Part shown: piece by piece, positions 41,077 to 54,031 of the stretch
Numbering within the stretch: position 1 is the stretch's first letter
Layout of the letters: every line of letters begins with the position of its first letter
NCBI RefSeq assembly: GCF_963676685.1
Contig: NC_092344.1
Location: 48,298,001-48,362,000, forward strand
DNA length: 64,000 bases
Source of the DNA: Mytilus edulis
Lineage: Eukaryota
Reading direction: 5' to 3'
Made by a program: the position numbers and the translations under genes
Notes under the pieces: generated by a model
The model's input: only the letters and a program-made list of their open reading frames with translations
Databases searched by the model: none
What the model was told of the DNA's origin: nothing

Positions 41077-41764
41077 TGCTGGTTGAGATTTATTTCCCCG
41101 AGGGTATCGCCAGCCCAGTAGTGCTGACTTGTGTATTCATATAATAAATAAACTGTTAACAAATCTTTGAATTTGTGAAGTACTAAGGCTTTTCTACCTC
41201 AGGAATAGATTACCTTAGCTGTGTTTGGCAACACTTTAAGGAATTTTTGGTCTTCAATGCTCTTCAATGTACTTTATTTGGCCTTTTAAACTTCTTTTAA
41301 TTCGAGCGTCACTGATGAGTCTTTTGTAGACGAAACGCGCGTCTGGTGTATATATAAAAATTTTATCCTGGTATCTATGATGAGTTTATTTGCAACCACT
41401 GGGTCGATGCCATTACTGGTGGAGATTTATTTCCCGAGGGTATCACCAGCCTAGAACCATCACCTCTAGATCTGTGTTGACTTGAGTTATCATTGATATG
41501 TTCATAATAATAAATTAACTGTTTACAAAACTTTGAAGTTTTGAAAAAACTAAGGCTTTTTTTACCTCAGGAATAGATTACCTTAGCTGTATTTGGAAAA
41601 ACTTTTAGGAATTTTTGGTCTTCAATGCTCTTCAACTTTGTACTTTATTTGGCCTTTTTTTTTAACATTTTCTGATTCGAGCGTCACTGATGAGTCTTTT
41701 GTAAACGAAACTCGCGTCTGGCATACATATAAATTTTAATCCTGGTATCTATGATAAGTTTATT
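41077..41764 (+). mobile_element. tandem retrozyme-like insertion (~2 units) with hammerheads at 41306-41349 and 41681-41724
   Basis: direct repeat; 375 nt between predicted cleavage sites 41343 and 41718; absent at the homologous site in copy A (~31280). Confidence 0.85.
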
Positions 41765-42935
41765 CTAAAAGGTATCTCTGTATGAACAGTACCGACCATT
41801 TGACATTCTGGGGGAGGACAGGAGGATTTAAGTAAAGAATATCCGAGTACAAAATGAACAGGATTAAGCCGAGCTACGCATATCCCGTCTATTAAAACTG
41901 CAAAAAAAAATCTTTACACCCCCCTTGAAAAGGCAAAACAAAGAAAATTTCCAAAATCAAATTAATGGTAGACCTGTTACGTTATCGCATAACACCGGTA
42001 TGAGAAGGACATGAAGATTTATATTTTTAGAAAAAATTAGGAAAGCATATTTAAAGCCATATTTAATGTCTTTCCCTTGCAACGTTATCGCGACACAACA
42101 CGTTTTTGTTGTTGAACATACAGATGTCTCACACAACACTTACATGTAGCTTTGAGGGTCTCGCTATAACGTTGTCTCGATAGATAACAGATGTTACTAA
42201 GTACCGATGAGTCTTTAGCCATCACGAAACATATTTGAGTTTTGTACTTCTCAACAATTAAAACTATGGTAATCAAAAGTTCAGATTTTTTCCCTGGGAT
42301 AGTCGATATACCTTTATCTAACCATTTAAGTGTCAATATAGATAAACGTCCATGATATAACTGTTTTAAAACCAGTCGACGTCAACATTTCCTTTCTGAC
42401 TAATGTGTGAACATACTACATATGTATCTAATAAAACGTACTAAAGGTTACAGGCAAGTAATTTCTAAATTAAGTCATCATTTGAAGAGGAACTGCATAC
42501 ATTGTAAGCATAACGCTTACATTTGATAGAAAATTTAATTCTTCTCATAAGTTGTTCTTTTATTATTAAGAAAAAGAATATTAGTGATTGTAATAGAAGA
42601 TAACTAGTTTATGACATATAATGAATATTGAAAAAAAAGAATACAAGAGAAACAAAAGAATAGAATTACAATGTAAAACTAACGATCAGTCATATGTACA
42701 TCATGTTTGTGCGCCAACACTGAATATTCATTACTGTAATAAAAATGTTGATTAAAGCGGTACAATACAAATAAAAATTTTAAAAAATCCAGGCTTTATT
42801 TCTACTGAATCCATCTTTTCGTATATCTTGCAGTAAAGCCACAAAAATAACAAAAAACAATAAAACCGTACAAGACTAAATTAAATGTCAGTCCCCCTTC
42901 TGGAGTACTTGCATGGTTTGTAAAAGGAATGTTGT

Positions 42936-44138
42936 TCATTTCCCTGAAAGCGTATATTCAGCTTTGTAAACAGTGTAGAATGAAAGTGCGGTTATCAATA
43001 GGATGCATATTGACAGCAAACACCAAAACAAGCAGAAATCAATAGTAGACACATACTCTTTCCATGTAATGTATATTTGAGTTTCCTTTTCATCTTTCTT
43101 AATCTCCGATGATGTGTTCACACTCTTTCCTCTCTTATAGGTTACAATGCGTTTTAGGAGACATGACGAAATAAATGTCTGTCCATTTCGAGCGATTAAT
43201 CTGGATAAAACGGCCGACAGTAACACAACCAGTGTGCTTTGGAATAGCTGCATCACTATAAATATATCCATAAAAGATATAGATTCCGAACTCTCTGGAA
43301 GAGACTGTCCAACAAGAGTAAGGAACACACCGAAGGACAACCAAACGGTTACCGTGTAACCCATCCGTTCACCACTATCAGCAGGTATGGCAAATGTAAA
43401 CAGATTCAAAAGTGTTAAAAGGACTAACGGGAGGACTAAATGCATCATAACATACAACGGTTTCCTCTGTAATGTGATAGAAAATATCACTCGAGATTCT
43501 TCATGGTACTGTGTTGCCTTTACTGAGGTTGAAACAATTGTCCAAATTGTATTTTCTTTTATTGAGCGCTCCAATGCTATTCCTGACACATTTGTTATGA
43601 GAAGGGAAATGTCGTTCATTTGCATACTCCAAGCTCCGAAAACAAATTCGCAAGTTTGCCTGTCAAATGGAAAGAACGTCATTGAGACTGGACAGTATGA
43701 ATTAAATACTTGAAACGGTGTCCAACTGACACTACCATCATGTTTTATTGTCGCCAATATCAAATCGGAACCGAGCTCTTCCATCTCTGTATAACTATCT
43801 TGTAAAGTTATATCAGGTTTCCAGATGCTTGACTGAGGAAGGTATATATAGTCCAAGTCTCCATATTGTTTTCGGTCCCATGTTAGGAACTCGTCATGCC
43901 AGCTTATATGAAGATATCCAATAGTTGTTAATCTTTGTTGAACTTCATCGAGTGTTATTAGTGAGTTTAAGGTCAATTCAACATTTACGTAGATGGTACT
44001 CTTATAATCTTTTACAGGTTTTGAATCTTTATCATATTCCTTTGTAAAGAATAGCTCCTTTTTCAAAGCTTTGAAATCACTTGAGTTTTGACATAAAGAA
44101 AAACTGACAGTAAAAAAACAAATGATAAAAACAAGCAT
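42936..44138 (-). CDS. intronless nAChR-like Cys-loop subunit, close paralog of 37391-38593 (400 aa from ATG 44138)
   Basis: same motifs and same length; near-identical protein. Confidence 0.92.
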   Translation of the reverse strand: MLVFIICFFTVSFSLCQNSSDFKALKKELFFTKEYDKDSKPVKDYKSTIYVNVELTLNSLITLDEVQQRLTTIGYLHISWHDEFLTWDRKQYGDLDYIYLPQSSIWKPDITLQDSYTEMEELGSDLILATIKHDGSVSWTPFQVFNSYCPVSMTFFPFDRQTCEFVFGAWSMQMNDISLLITNVSGIALERSIKENTIWTIVSTSVKATQYHEESRVIFSITLQRKPLYVMMHLVLPLVLLTLLNLFTFAIPADSGERMGYTVTVWLSFGVFLTLVGQSLPESSESISFMDIFIVMQLFQSTLVVLLSAVLSRLIARNGQTFISSCLLKRIVTYKRGKSVNTSSEIKKDEKETQIYITWKEYVSTIDFCLFWCLLSICILLITALSFYTVYKAEYTLSGK

Positions 44139-45590
44139 CTTTAATCCTTCCACAATAAAGTAATTATGAATAATCTTACAGGCAACGGAATAAACCTGGA
44201 ATTCAACTCTTTGATATTTCACAATTTGAAATTATGATTTAACATAATCAATAGAACACATTTCTGACATTGTGAAAATCAATAGAAAATTATTTTTTTT
44301 CAAATAGTTTTTAACACTTTTTAATTTTGAAAAACGAAAAAAATAGACCCAGCGTAGCATTCGCACTTACACTAATACGATATCATTAAAATATTTCAAT
44401 ACAACATCAGGCAGAAATAAGCCATCCCTCGTGTATTAAATTTATTATTTAAATTAAAGTGTTATCTTTTGAAAATGCAGTTAAAATTTATGAATGTTAA
44501 TTATTTTGAAGAAATACAGCGATACTCTATTTCAATTTGGATTTTTACTTTTCTACAGAAAAAATACTCTGTAAAATCGTTAAATTGATTTCAAAGAAGG
44601 AAAATTTAAACTGTCAAAAATTGTTGTTTGCCATTTCCTTGTACTCTGACGGTCTTCACGGAAAACTGGTTTGTCAGACCTACAAAAATTCTTACATATG
44701 AGAGGGGGTGAATAAACTCATCATAGATACCAGGATTGAAATTTTATATTCACGCCAGAAGCGCTTTTGATTATTTGATCTCTGAAGCGTGAAATATTTT
44801 ACCGGATCCAAAAAAGCAGTACATGAAAAATTGATCATGCTATTTTGTTGTCAGAAGCGTTAAATATTTATTGTGCATCTGTTGATTATTTATTTAGGAT
44901 TATTTATCAATTATGGACTTTGTACGACGTCAATTTGTTGTATATGGACCTGTTCAGATTATATCAACCGATTGCCAATGTGATCTAACAGGTCCATTAT
45001 AAAGCGTATTGACTAAGTGAAAGTCCTACATTTGAAAATGCCTGTACCAAGTCAGGAATATGACAGTTCTTGTCCATTTGTTTTTGATGCATTTTATTAT
45101 TTGATTTTGCCATGTGATTATGGACTTTCCGAATTGATTTTCCTCTAAGTTTAGCATTTTTGTGATTTTTACTTTTTATATATTACATATATAAATAATG
45201 TATTAGAAAATGGTGTTCAGTGTTTTTTCGGTGAATTTTTAAATCGTATTTTGCAATAATGTGTTAACATTAAAATATCATATTCTTTGAACAACTTTAT
45301 AGCTTGTTGCATTACTTTCTTGAATTCTTAGCGTCTGCATTTAAACTTGCAAACTTTCTTTTCGTCTGCTGCGGCGCTTCGTCCATGGTTGTTATGTTTG
45401 ACGTAATGACGTCATAAATCTTTTAGCAATATATTTTTTTTTATTTTGACCGTCAATATACATAGAAATAGAAAAAAGCGTCAATATCCCTTAAAATAGA
45501 AACGAGGCTTCGGATACGTAAAATAACCTGTGAAACATGTGATCGTCATCGCCAATGAAAACAATAGTATGCTACACCATATATGATATA

Positions 45591-47790
45591 AATTATAATT
45601 TGTATTTTGACTTTGTACAAATTGTAATTTGTACAAAAAGTGCCTGTACAAATTACAATTTGTACAAAATTTGATGAAAATTCACTTATAACTTGTACAA
45701 TATTTTATAATATATATTTTGGTGAAAAAGGCATTGATATATACACAACAGAATTTCTTATTAATGACCACACAATTCACCATATTTATCAAATACTAAA
45801 TTAATTCTGTATCTTTCGTTTGAGATGGCATCGGGAATGCAGCACAATATCTTTTGACTTTCACATTTTTAACCGGATTTTTGTGACAAAAATTCGGTTA
45901 TTGAATTGGGGATGTACGGCGGTTGGGCGGGCGGGCGGCAATCAATATATCAATATATTTTAATATGTTGTTACTGACAATAAAATGAAGGTCAAGTGCG
46001 ATAATGGCGATTTTGACTTTTACCGTTCAGGAGTTATGGTTCTTGAAAGATTGAAAAATGGAGTTTCCAGTCGTTTCCGTGCATTTACGTATGAACTGTT
46101 CTACCAAAGCTTCCCACATTTTAATGTGTTGTTACTGATGACAAAATGTAGGTCAAGTTCAATAATGATGATTTTGACTTTTACCGTTCAGGAGTTATGG
46201 TTCTTGAAAGATCGTAAAATGGCGTTTCCAGTCGTGTCCGTGCATTTACGCATGAACTGTTCTACGAAAGCTTCCCAAATTTTAATATGTTGTTACTGAT
46301 GACAAAATGGAGGTCAAGTTCAATAATGACGATTTAGACTTTTACCGTTCAGGAGTTATGGTTCTTGAAAGATTGAAAAATGGTGTTTCCAGTTGTGTCC
46401 TTGCATTTTCTCATGAACCATTCAACCAAAGCTTTTCAAATTTTAATATGTTGTTACTGATGACAAAATAGAGGTCAAGTTCAATAATGACGATTTTTAC
46501 TTTTACCGTTCAGGAGTTATGGTTCTTGAAAGATCGTAAAATGGTGTTTCCATTCACATTGTTGCATTTACTCACGAACCATTCAATCTTAGCTTTTCAA
46601 ATTTTAATATGTTGATACTTATGACAAAATGAAGGTCAAATTTGATATGACGATTTTCACTTCCACCAATCATCAGTAATGGTTCTTGTGATATTGCCAG
46701 GACACAAATAAATGTTAATAAATCCGGTTTGTTGTCGTTGTGACAGCCTCTTGTTACAATTAAAAGTACCCGCCTATGCATTTACATGAAAGAAACCCCT
46801 GACAACCTATTCTTTAAAGGCTGGTTAACTGCGATACATAGCGAAAGTTGAAGCCCGAGAACAGTTACTGTGAATAAAATGTGTCTTTCATAGCTTTAAT
46901 TTAACTATGAGACATAAATATCCTGTTCAAGTTTATACAGTTTTTCTGATTTGGTAATCAAAATCTCCAGATTCAACAATTACCCCTTAAATATATCGAG
47001 GACAGGTTTGGACACGATCATACTGAGGAATATGTATAATGACATTAACCCCAAACAACAAGTTATGATAGTTACAGTTACTGGTTGTTTTCTTGGTAAG
47101 ATATTAGTCTTGGGTCTATTGTCCACACAGTGCACACTTCCTTGCAAGAATGATTGGTGTTTCAATATCAGCATCGTTCCCAATTTAACTATGAACCCAT
47201 TATGCTTGTCCGTGGGGTACACATACTTCTTCTTTTGTCTATCATTCCATGTTAGGTTTATAATGTTTTGCACAAATTTCTCCTTGTGATCAACAATGCC
47301 ATCCATGTTTACACTATTACAGCAATTGAGTAAATGACTGAACATGTAAAAGAATGTAAAAAAAAATAAATTCTAGGATATAGAGCTTTACCAACTTATT
47401 AAAATAATTGACCCCAAAGTAGTTAGCTGTTGCAAAGTGTTTAAGAAGAGATAAATGTTTAAGTCAAATGATGCAATTTCTGATGCCAGAATTCAATCAC
47501 CTGCCCAAACGAATCATAAAGAACAATTTTATATTTTGTAAGTAAGATGTACTGTTTAGTCATTTAATACATGTACCAATGGTGTGTATCAATGCTTTTT
47601 TCATCAAAATCCATATTATGAATTATTGTACAAGTTATAAGTGAATTTTCGTCAAATATTGTACAAATTGTAATTTGTACAGGCACTTTTTGTACAAATT
47701 ACAATTTGTACAAAGTCAAAATACAAATTATAGTTTGTACAATTTTTTTGTACAAATTATAATTTGTACAAAATGATAACTTGTACACAA
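45591..47790. mobile_element. TIR DNA element with ~120-bp tgtacaaa-rich inverted ends, carrying a nested HINE
   Basis: 45591-45711 is the reverse complement of ~47625-47735. Confidence 0.75.
45866..46755 (+). mobile_element. HINE/DINE-like element carrying ~4.5 copies of a 161-bp satellite unit
   Basis: subTIR aaccggattt (45871) / aaatccggtt (46720), (gcgg)n microsatellite, 3' hairpin tgtc..gaca, units at 45970, 46131, 46292, 46453, 46614. Confidence 0.85.
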
Positions 47791-48770
47791 CATATATATA
47801 TATCCTTCCCTTTCATGAATGTGAACTACCGAATTAGACTATTTATCGGATTTTTTATAACACAAGCAACACGACGGGTGCCACATGTGGAGCAGGATCT
47901 GCTTACCCGTCCGGAGCACCTGAAGATCACCCCTAGTTTTTGGTGCGGTTCGTGTTGTTTATTCTTTAGTTTTCTGTGTTGTGTCATGTGTACTATTGTT
48001 TGTCTGTTTGTCCTTTACATTTTTGGCCATGGCGTTGTGAGTTTATTTTCGATTTGCGAGTTTGACTGTCCCTCTGGTATCTTTCGTCCCTCTTTTATAT
48101 TAACGGATTGCGAACAACTCAGGTAACTGTTTAATTTCACGTCGAACATCTGAAGTTAGAGGCATTTTGTACAATTACCATACTTAGCTGTCAACCTCTG
48201 TCTCAAATTAGAGATTTAGTTCTTTGTTGGATGATGAATTGATATGAAAAGAAAACAAAGTGGGCTTCATAAAATGTTATTCTACAGTGAATTTTTGTTT
48301 ATACCTTTACTATTTGAGTTGTTAAAGAGCAAACAAAAAGAAACTGTATTGTGCATTTTTTAGTCTGTTCTCTGATTTAAACTCAAAAAAACATTCAATT
48401 AACGGAAAGATGTTCACGTTACTGTCACCATGTACAAAAATATCAAATTACATACTATTTACACTTTTGATCATTGTTTTCGGATATTTTCCTTTGTTCC
48501 ATTGGAGTTAGGCAGGTAGAGAACCTCTCTGAGTTCTGTGTTTCCTTTTTTATTTATCTTGAAATGTTTTTAGAGAATAATAATAAAGAAGGTTTTTGCA
48601 CTATAAGTATCACGGAGGAGTCAGAAATAGACTGAAATGGTTTTTTTTAAATTGTTTGTCCTTTTATAAGCTGATGATACAGTTTGGCAGAATCTCAAAT
48701 AATGTTTTAAGGACAACTGGACTCCTTATGTGATAATTGGAAGTTATGGAAACTTACAATATTAGTTTAA

Positions 48771-49075
48771 GGATGTTCGCTACTCTGTTTGAAAATAACA
48801 AGCATTTTAAAAGACTACTATGAAGTGATAGTATATAAATAAAGAGACTAAAAAAACAGAAAAAAATGGAGTGTCTGTGTGCTATATTTTGGGGCCAAAA
48901 AGGGGTCTTACTGAACCTACTCCTTTTGAAATATGTCGTTTTAAACTTTATGTTATAAAATTATGAAAAGAAAAGTAGGGGTTAGTGGACACATTTTTTA
49001 AATGGCAGTACATGGATAAAACCAGAGGATTCTTAAAATCTGGCAATTATTCAAAAACTAGAGGAGCAATCATCC
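48771..49075. mobile_element. TTAA-flanked MITE (Kolobok/piggyBac-type)
   Basis: ttaa-ggatg...catcc-ttaa ends. Confidence 0.45.
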
Positions 49076-49892
49076 TTAAGTTGGTAAGTGGAAAACCGGA
49101 CAAAATACCTTTCATTTTGTATAACTTAGCCACCCACTGCCAATTATGATGCACATATTTTATGGTTAAAACAAAGTCAAATTTATGGCACGTGTGGCTT
49201 GTCAAATGTATGAGCAACAATTTATTAGTGAACAAAATGTAGTTACATGTAACCATTAGACATTAATAGATCAGTTAAACGAAGTTGTCTAGCAAGCCTA
49301 CAGAAATCACCAAAAGCATTAAATGATCGTTTATTTAGAAATAATTTAATTTTGAGATGTAACGCGTCTTCTGATTGGCTGACGTTGTTTTGTTTATCCG
49401 CTCATAGACATAATTTTGTCATGTGAATATGACGTCATCAACGTTTTTCATGGTTTACTCCGGGAATTAAATTAAATGATAAGAAATTACTGTAATAATG
49501 TTTCTGTCTGCTACGCGCGTTATTCAGTGTGCACCACATTTTTTATGTTATTTCTTCATAGACAGAAAAAATATTACAGTCATTTCTTAAATAATTCGGA
49601 GAAATACTGTAAATGTATGTAGTTGTTTACAAAACTTAAACTTTGAATATCAACTAAACAATATGAAACTACTATTATTAAATTCTTTTTTACATACGGA
49701 TAAAGACGATAAAAGCTTTAAAGGGTAGTAGTGACAAAACTCCATTGTAATTAGATAACCTTTAAAAAGCTTTCTTGAGTGTTTCACACATGATTAGGTA
49801 TTGTGAATACGGTATTAACCGACAAATATTTAATAAACAATTTACTACGTTTCATTTCATACTGGATTTAATTTAAACGGCGAGTTGTGAAA

Positions 49893-51218
49893 ATGTTTTC
49901 GTATTTGTGCTCTATCATTATACTATTATCATTTGTACTTAATGCAAATGCTGATGAACAAAAAGAAGATGAATCGAAAAAAGAGGAATACAAACCTATA
50001 CAGGAACTTATAAAAAATGTGACAAATGGAAGAAATAAAGAGGTCAGACCTGTCAACAATTGGGACGAACCTGTTATAATTTACTTTTATTTTCATATGA
50101 CTTATATTCAGGAATTCGACGAAGTTGCCGGAAAATTAAGTTTAAACGGATATTTTGGAGTTCAGTGGAGAGACAATACTGTATCATGGGATCCTAGCGA
50201 ATATGGCGCTTCTTCCTTTACATTCAATGAAGAATTATTTTGGAAACCAACCTTTATAATGTCAAATCCATATGGAGAACAAAAAATATTATATAAAGAT
50301 GATAGTGTAAAGAGGGTGCATTACACTGGACAAATTGATTGGTTTCCAAGCGATGCATTCGATATTTCATGTCAGGCTGATGTTACAGATTATCCATTCG
50401 ATACACAAACATGTACTATAGCATTTGTTTTATCGGCATATGACGAAAAAGAGGTAATTTTATGGCCAACAGCTTTTATAACTGAGTGGTTTGTCCCACA
50501 TAAAACATGGGATTTGATTGAGACGAATCTGACTAGAATTGCTTCTCCACAGGTGGCAAATTTTCATATCAAACTGAAGAGAAAGCCTATGTTTTTTGTT
50601 TTCAACCTAATACTGCCAATAGTTCTTATGTGTATTCTTAACCCTTTTGTCTTTCTACTACCAGCAGATTCAGGTGAACGGGTTGGATTTTCCATAACAG
50701 TATTATTGGCCATTGCAGTATTTCTGACGATTTCTGCCTCTGGTCTTCCGGCAATCTCAGATCCACAAATACCAACATTATCTATTCTTTTATTTGCTGA
50801 CGTCACTTTTAGTGGCGTAATTGTTATACTAGTCATTATAAGTTTACGTTATTATCTGCGTGATGAAAATATTCCAGTTTCATATCTTGGAGAAAAATTT
50901 GTGACGATTTGTCGTGTACTAAAATGCGGTTGCTGCTGCAGGAAAGGGACGAAAGGTAAAGGTGACGAGTATGGAAACAAACATGAAAACAATGATAGTG
51001 TGGATATCAGTAAAATAAAACTTTTTGGATCGGAGTACCAGTATCGAGGAACTAATAGTGAGGAAATCAACTCTTTTACCTCCAAAGATGAAATTACATG
51101 GAAGAATGTCGGAGAAGAACTTGACTTTGTTTTTGGCACTTTAAGTGCTGTTTATATGGTAACAGCACATTTATTGTATATTCTTGGAATTGTACTAGAT
51201 TTTCCTTTATTTTCATAA
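49893..51218 (+). CDS. intronless divergent nAChR-like Cys-loop subunit (441 aa from ATG 49893)
   Basis: signal peptide, VRPV, WKPTF, Cys-loop CQADVTDYPFDTQTC, PADSGERVG, four TMs, CGCCC cluster in the M3-M4 loop. Confidence 0.92.
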   Translation: MFSYLCSIIILLSFVLNANADEQKEDESKKEEYKPIQELIKNVTNGRNKEVRPVNNWDEPVIIYFYFHMTYIQEFDEVAGKLSLNGYFGVQWRDNTVSWDPSEYGASSFTFNEELFWKPTFIMSNPYGEQKILYKDDSVKRVHYTGQIDWFPSDAFDISCQADVTDYPFDTQTCTIAFVLSAYDEKEVILWPTAFITEWFVPHKTWDLIETNLTRIASPQVANFHIKLKRKPMFFVFNLILPIVLMCILNPFVFLLPADSGERVGFSITVLLAIAVFLTISASGLPAISDPQIPTLSILLFADVTFSGVIVILVIISLRYYLRDENIPVSYLGEKFVTICRVLKCGCCCRKGTKGKGDEYGNKHENNDSVDISKIKLFGSEYQYRGTNSEEINSFTSKDEITWKNVGEELDFVFGTLSAVYMVTAHLLYILGIVLDFPLFS

Positions 51219-52105
51219 TTTGTTTATAACTAATAAATAGATAGATTAGTTATATCTGTCGGAATAGTCTACTCTTTAAGTAGGCTAGTTTACCTATCAT
51301 AATAATGACTTCACAGTTTAGCTAACAAGCAAGCTTACCAAAGATTCTACCTTTCCCTACACACTGAAAGAAATCGGCTGTAACAGAAATCGGCAGGTTT
51401 TTACTTTGTACACATCAGTTATGAAATTTAGTAAATTACTAAATAAAGAATGTCTATGCAATGCTAGCAATGAGTTACATTAACGACGATTTTAAAAATA
51501 GAAATTTATTAAAAAGAAATACAAACATGGACATATTTCAATACACTTTCGAGGGTGCGCTCAGCCATGGTGACTCATCACAAGGATTTTTATTCGGAAT
51601 TGTAATCTAAGATAGTTTAGCCGATTTTGAAGACAATTACCAGATGCATATCATAGAAATACTACAAAAGGACTGATTTGAAAATGTTAAATGTTAGAAT
51701 TTCCTTTTCTCTGTAATAAATACTTTAAGTCTGTAGGTTTTCCTGTGTATGTCTAGGCTTGATTTTTCAACACAAAACAATTATTCGTAGAAAAACAAAC
51801 AAATCAAAGTCGACAGAATCAAACAAACAAACAAGCAACTTTCATCAAACAGAACACTACTCAGAAATATAAAATCGGGCTCAACACAAACCCTGCCAGT
51901 CACTCAGGTTGAACCTTGCTTGATTTTCTTGAAGGGTATTCCGTGTTTGATCCACTTGTCTGATTTTATGAATTGTCGTGGGTGTCAGTATTCACCCCAG
52001 AAACTTACAAAACCTTTGAATAGACTTATTAAGAAGGGATATAATTACGGTACTGTTGTCAAGTCATTAAAGATTGCATATTTTGGCGTTAATATTGAGT
52101 CACTG

Positions 52106-52109
<4 letters not shown>

Positions 52110-52139
<30 letters not shown>

Positions 52140-54031
52140 AAATTTATAAAGCGCCCTATATAAAAAATAAAAAAGACGCTGTACATACACATGGTAATTA
52201 AAACATATCAATGACAATAACATAAAACATAAAAAAATACATCGTGTCAGATTCAAATACTGAAACAAAAAATGCCTACCATGAAATAAAAGGTCAATAC
52301 GAAATACATGTTAAAACAAAGAATAAAAAAAATAACAATATAGGATAAAAGCATGCAGAACAAGCAAAAACTCAATACAAAGAGTAAAAAAGCCCGTAAA
52401 AGAGAAATCAATCTAATTAAAAGCAATACGATAACAATGAGTTTTTAACTGTATTTTAAAACACTCTAGGGACTTGCATTGTCTTAAACTGTTCGGGAGA
52501 TTGTTCCATAGAGATGCCGCTACCCAATCAAATTGTCTTTCACCGTACGTCTTCGTTCTCACTTTTGGAACGGTGAGTAGTTTTGTGAAACTTGAACGCA
52601 AAGATCGGTTTGGCACGTGTAGATGGACTAGTTCCCGGAAGTAAGCAGGGCCAATGTCATTCAAAGCGCAGTACACACAAGTCAGTATTTTGTATTGTGG
52701 TCTATATTGGACGGGTAACCAATGTAAATCAGCAAGTATCGGTGTAATATGTTCATGTTTCCTTGTCCTGGTGATAAGACGAGCTGCTGTATTTTGTACT
52801 TTTTGTAATCTGTTCAATGTAGTCTTGTTGATACCGTTCAGCAGAATATTCCCATAATCAGTCTGGATGTTACTAGACTGTTCACAAGTGTTTTGCAAGC
52901 AGTTGTTGTTATGAAGTTGCGAATGCGTCCAATATTACGGATGTGAAAATGACAGGATGTTACTATGGCAGAAACTTGCCGTTCCATCGTTAGGTGTTGA
53001 TCAAAATATACACCTAGGTTTTTCACGCAGGATACACTACTTATAACAGTATTGCCGACTTTGAGTTGGAGATTTGGTACACTAGCCTTCAGATGTTTCG
53101 GTGTGAATATGATAAGTTCGGTTTTATCTTGATTCAGTTTTAACATATTTTTTGACATCCATGAACTAATGTCGGAAAGACATAGTTCAAGTTTCGAAAA
53201 ATAGTTTTCCCAGTTGTCTAGTGGCTTGATAACCATGTAAACTTGTGTGTCGTCCGCATAGCAGTGATATGTCATGCCATGGCGACGGCATATTTCACCT
53301 ATTGGCTTAGAGAAAAGACAGTACAATTTAGGGCCAAGCACGGAACCTTGTGGAACACCGAATGTTAGATGACATTTCTTCGATGTAGTTGTTCCAATCA
53401 CCACACGCTGATGTCTATTCGTCAAATACGATTTATGCCATATGAAAATGACAGACGTTCTAGAAGAATTCTGTGATCTATAACATCGAATGCAGCGGAA
53501 AGGTCCAATAGCACCAATACTACTGATGACTGTTTATCTAAAGCTGCATTGATATCATGATGTACTCTCGCTAATGCAGTTTCAGTTGAATGGCGTGGTC
53601 TGTATGCTGACTGAAGTGGATCACACAATGAGTTCGAGTCCAAATGAACATCTAGTCTCTTATCAACTACCTTTTCTAGAGTTTTCGAAATAAAGGGTAA
53701 ATTGGACACTGGTCTGTAATTTTTGTAAATTTCGGAATCAAGTCCAGGTTTTTTCAGAAGAGGTCTCACAAGAGCCTGTTTAAAGTCTGTCGGCACGATG
53801 TTCTCATCAAATGATGCATTGACGATTTCTGAAATAAGTGGCACGACAACATCGGAACACTGTTTCAAGAGGTTCGACGGAATAGGATCAAGCTCGCAGG
53901 ACTTATTCGGAGCTTTTTGAATGATAGTTCGTATCTCATCATTGGTTGTGTGTTTGAATGACAACAAAGGTGTACCAGTGAATTCAACATCAGCCTGTAG
54001 AAATGCAATGTTATCACCATTCACTACGTTT
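52110..54031 (-). mobile_element. 5'-truncated, frameshifted L2-clade LINE (reverse transcriptase)
   Basis: NYRPVSNL, LDLSAAFD, GVPQGSVLGP, YADD, HITPIL..LHWLP; gcgctttataaa + (TTA)n tail; TGATAA TSD at 52104-52109 and 54032-54037. Confidence 0.93.

Larger units (their letters stand above)
40350..44400. repeat. segmental duplication copy B
   Basis: collinear with 30130-38850 once the insertions are removed. Confidence 0.9.

Noticed and set aside
42200-42245. ccgatgag...cgaaac in the single 97-bp unit as a hammerhead
   Set aside because: No convincing stems I-III, and the GAAA is absent from the amplified units
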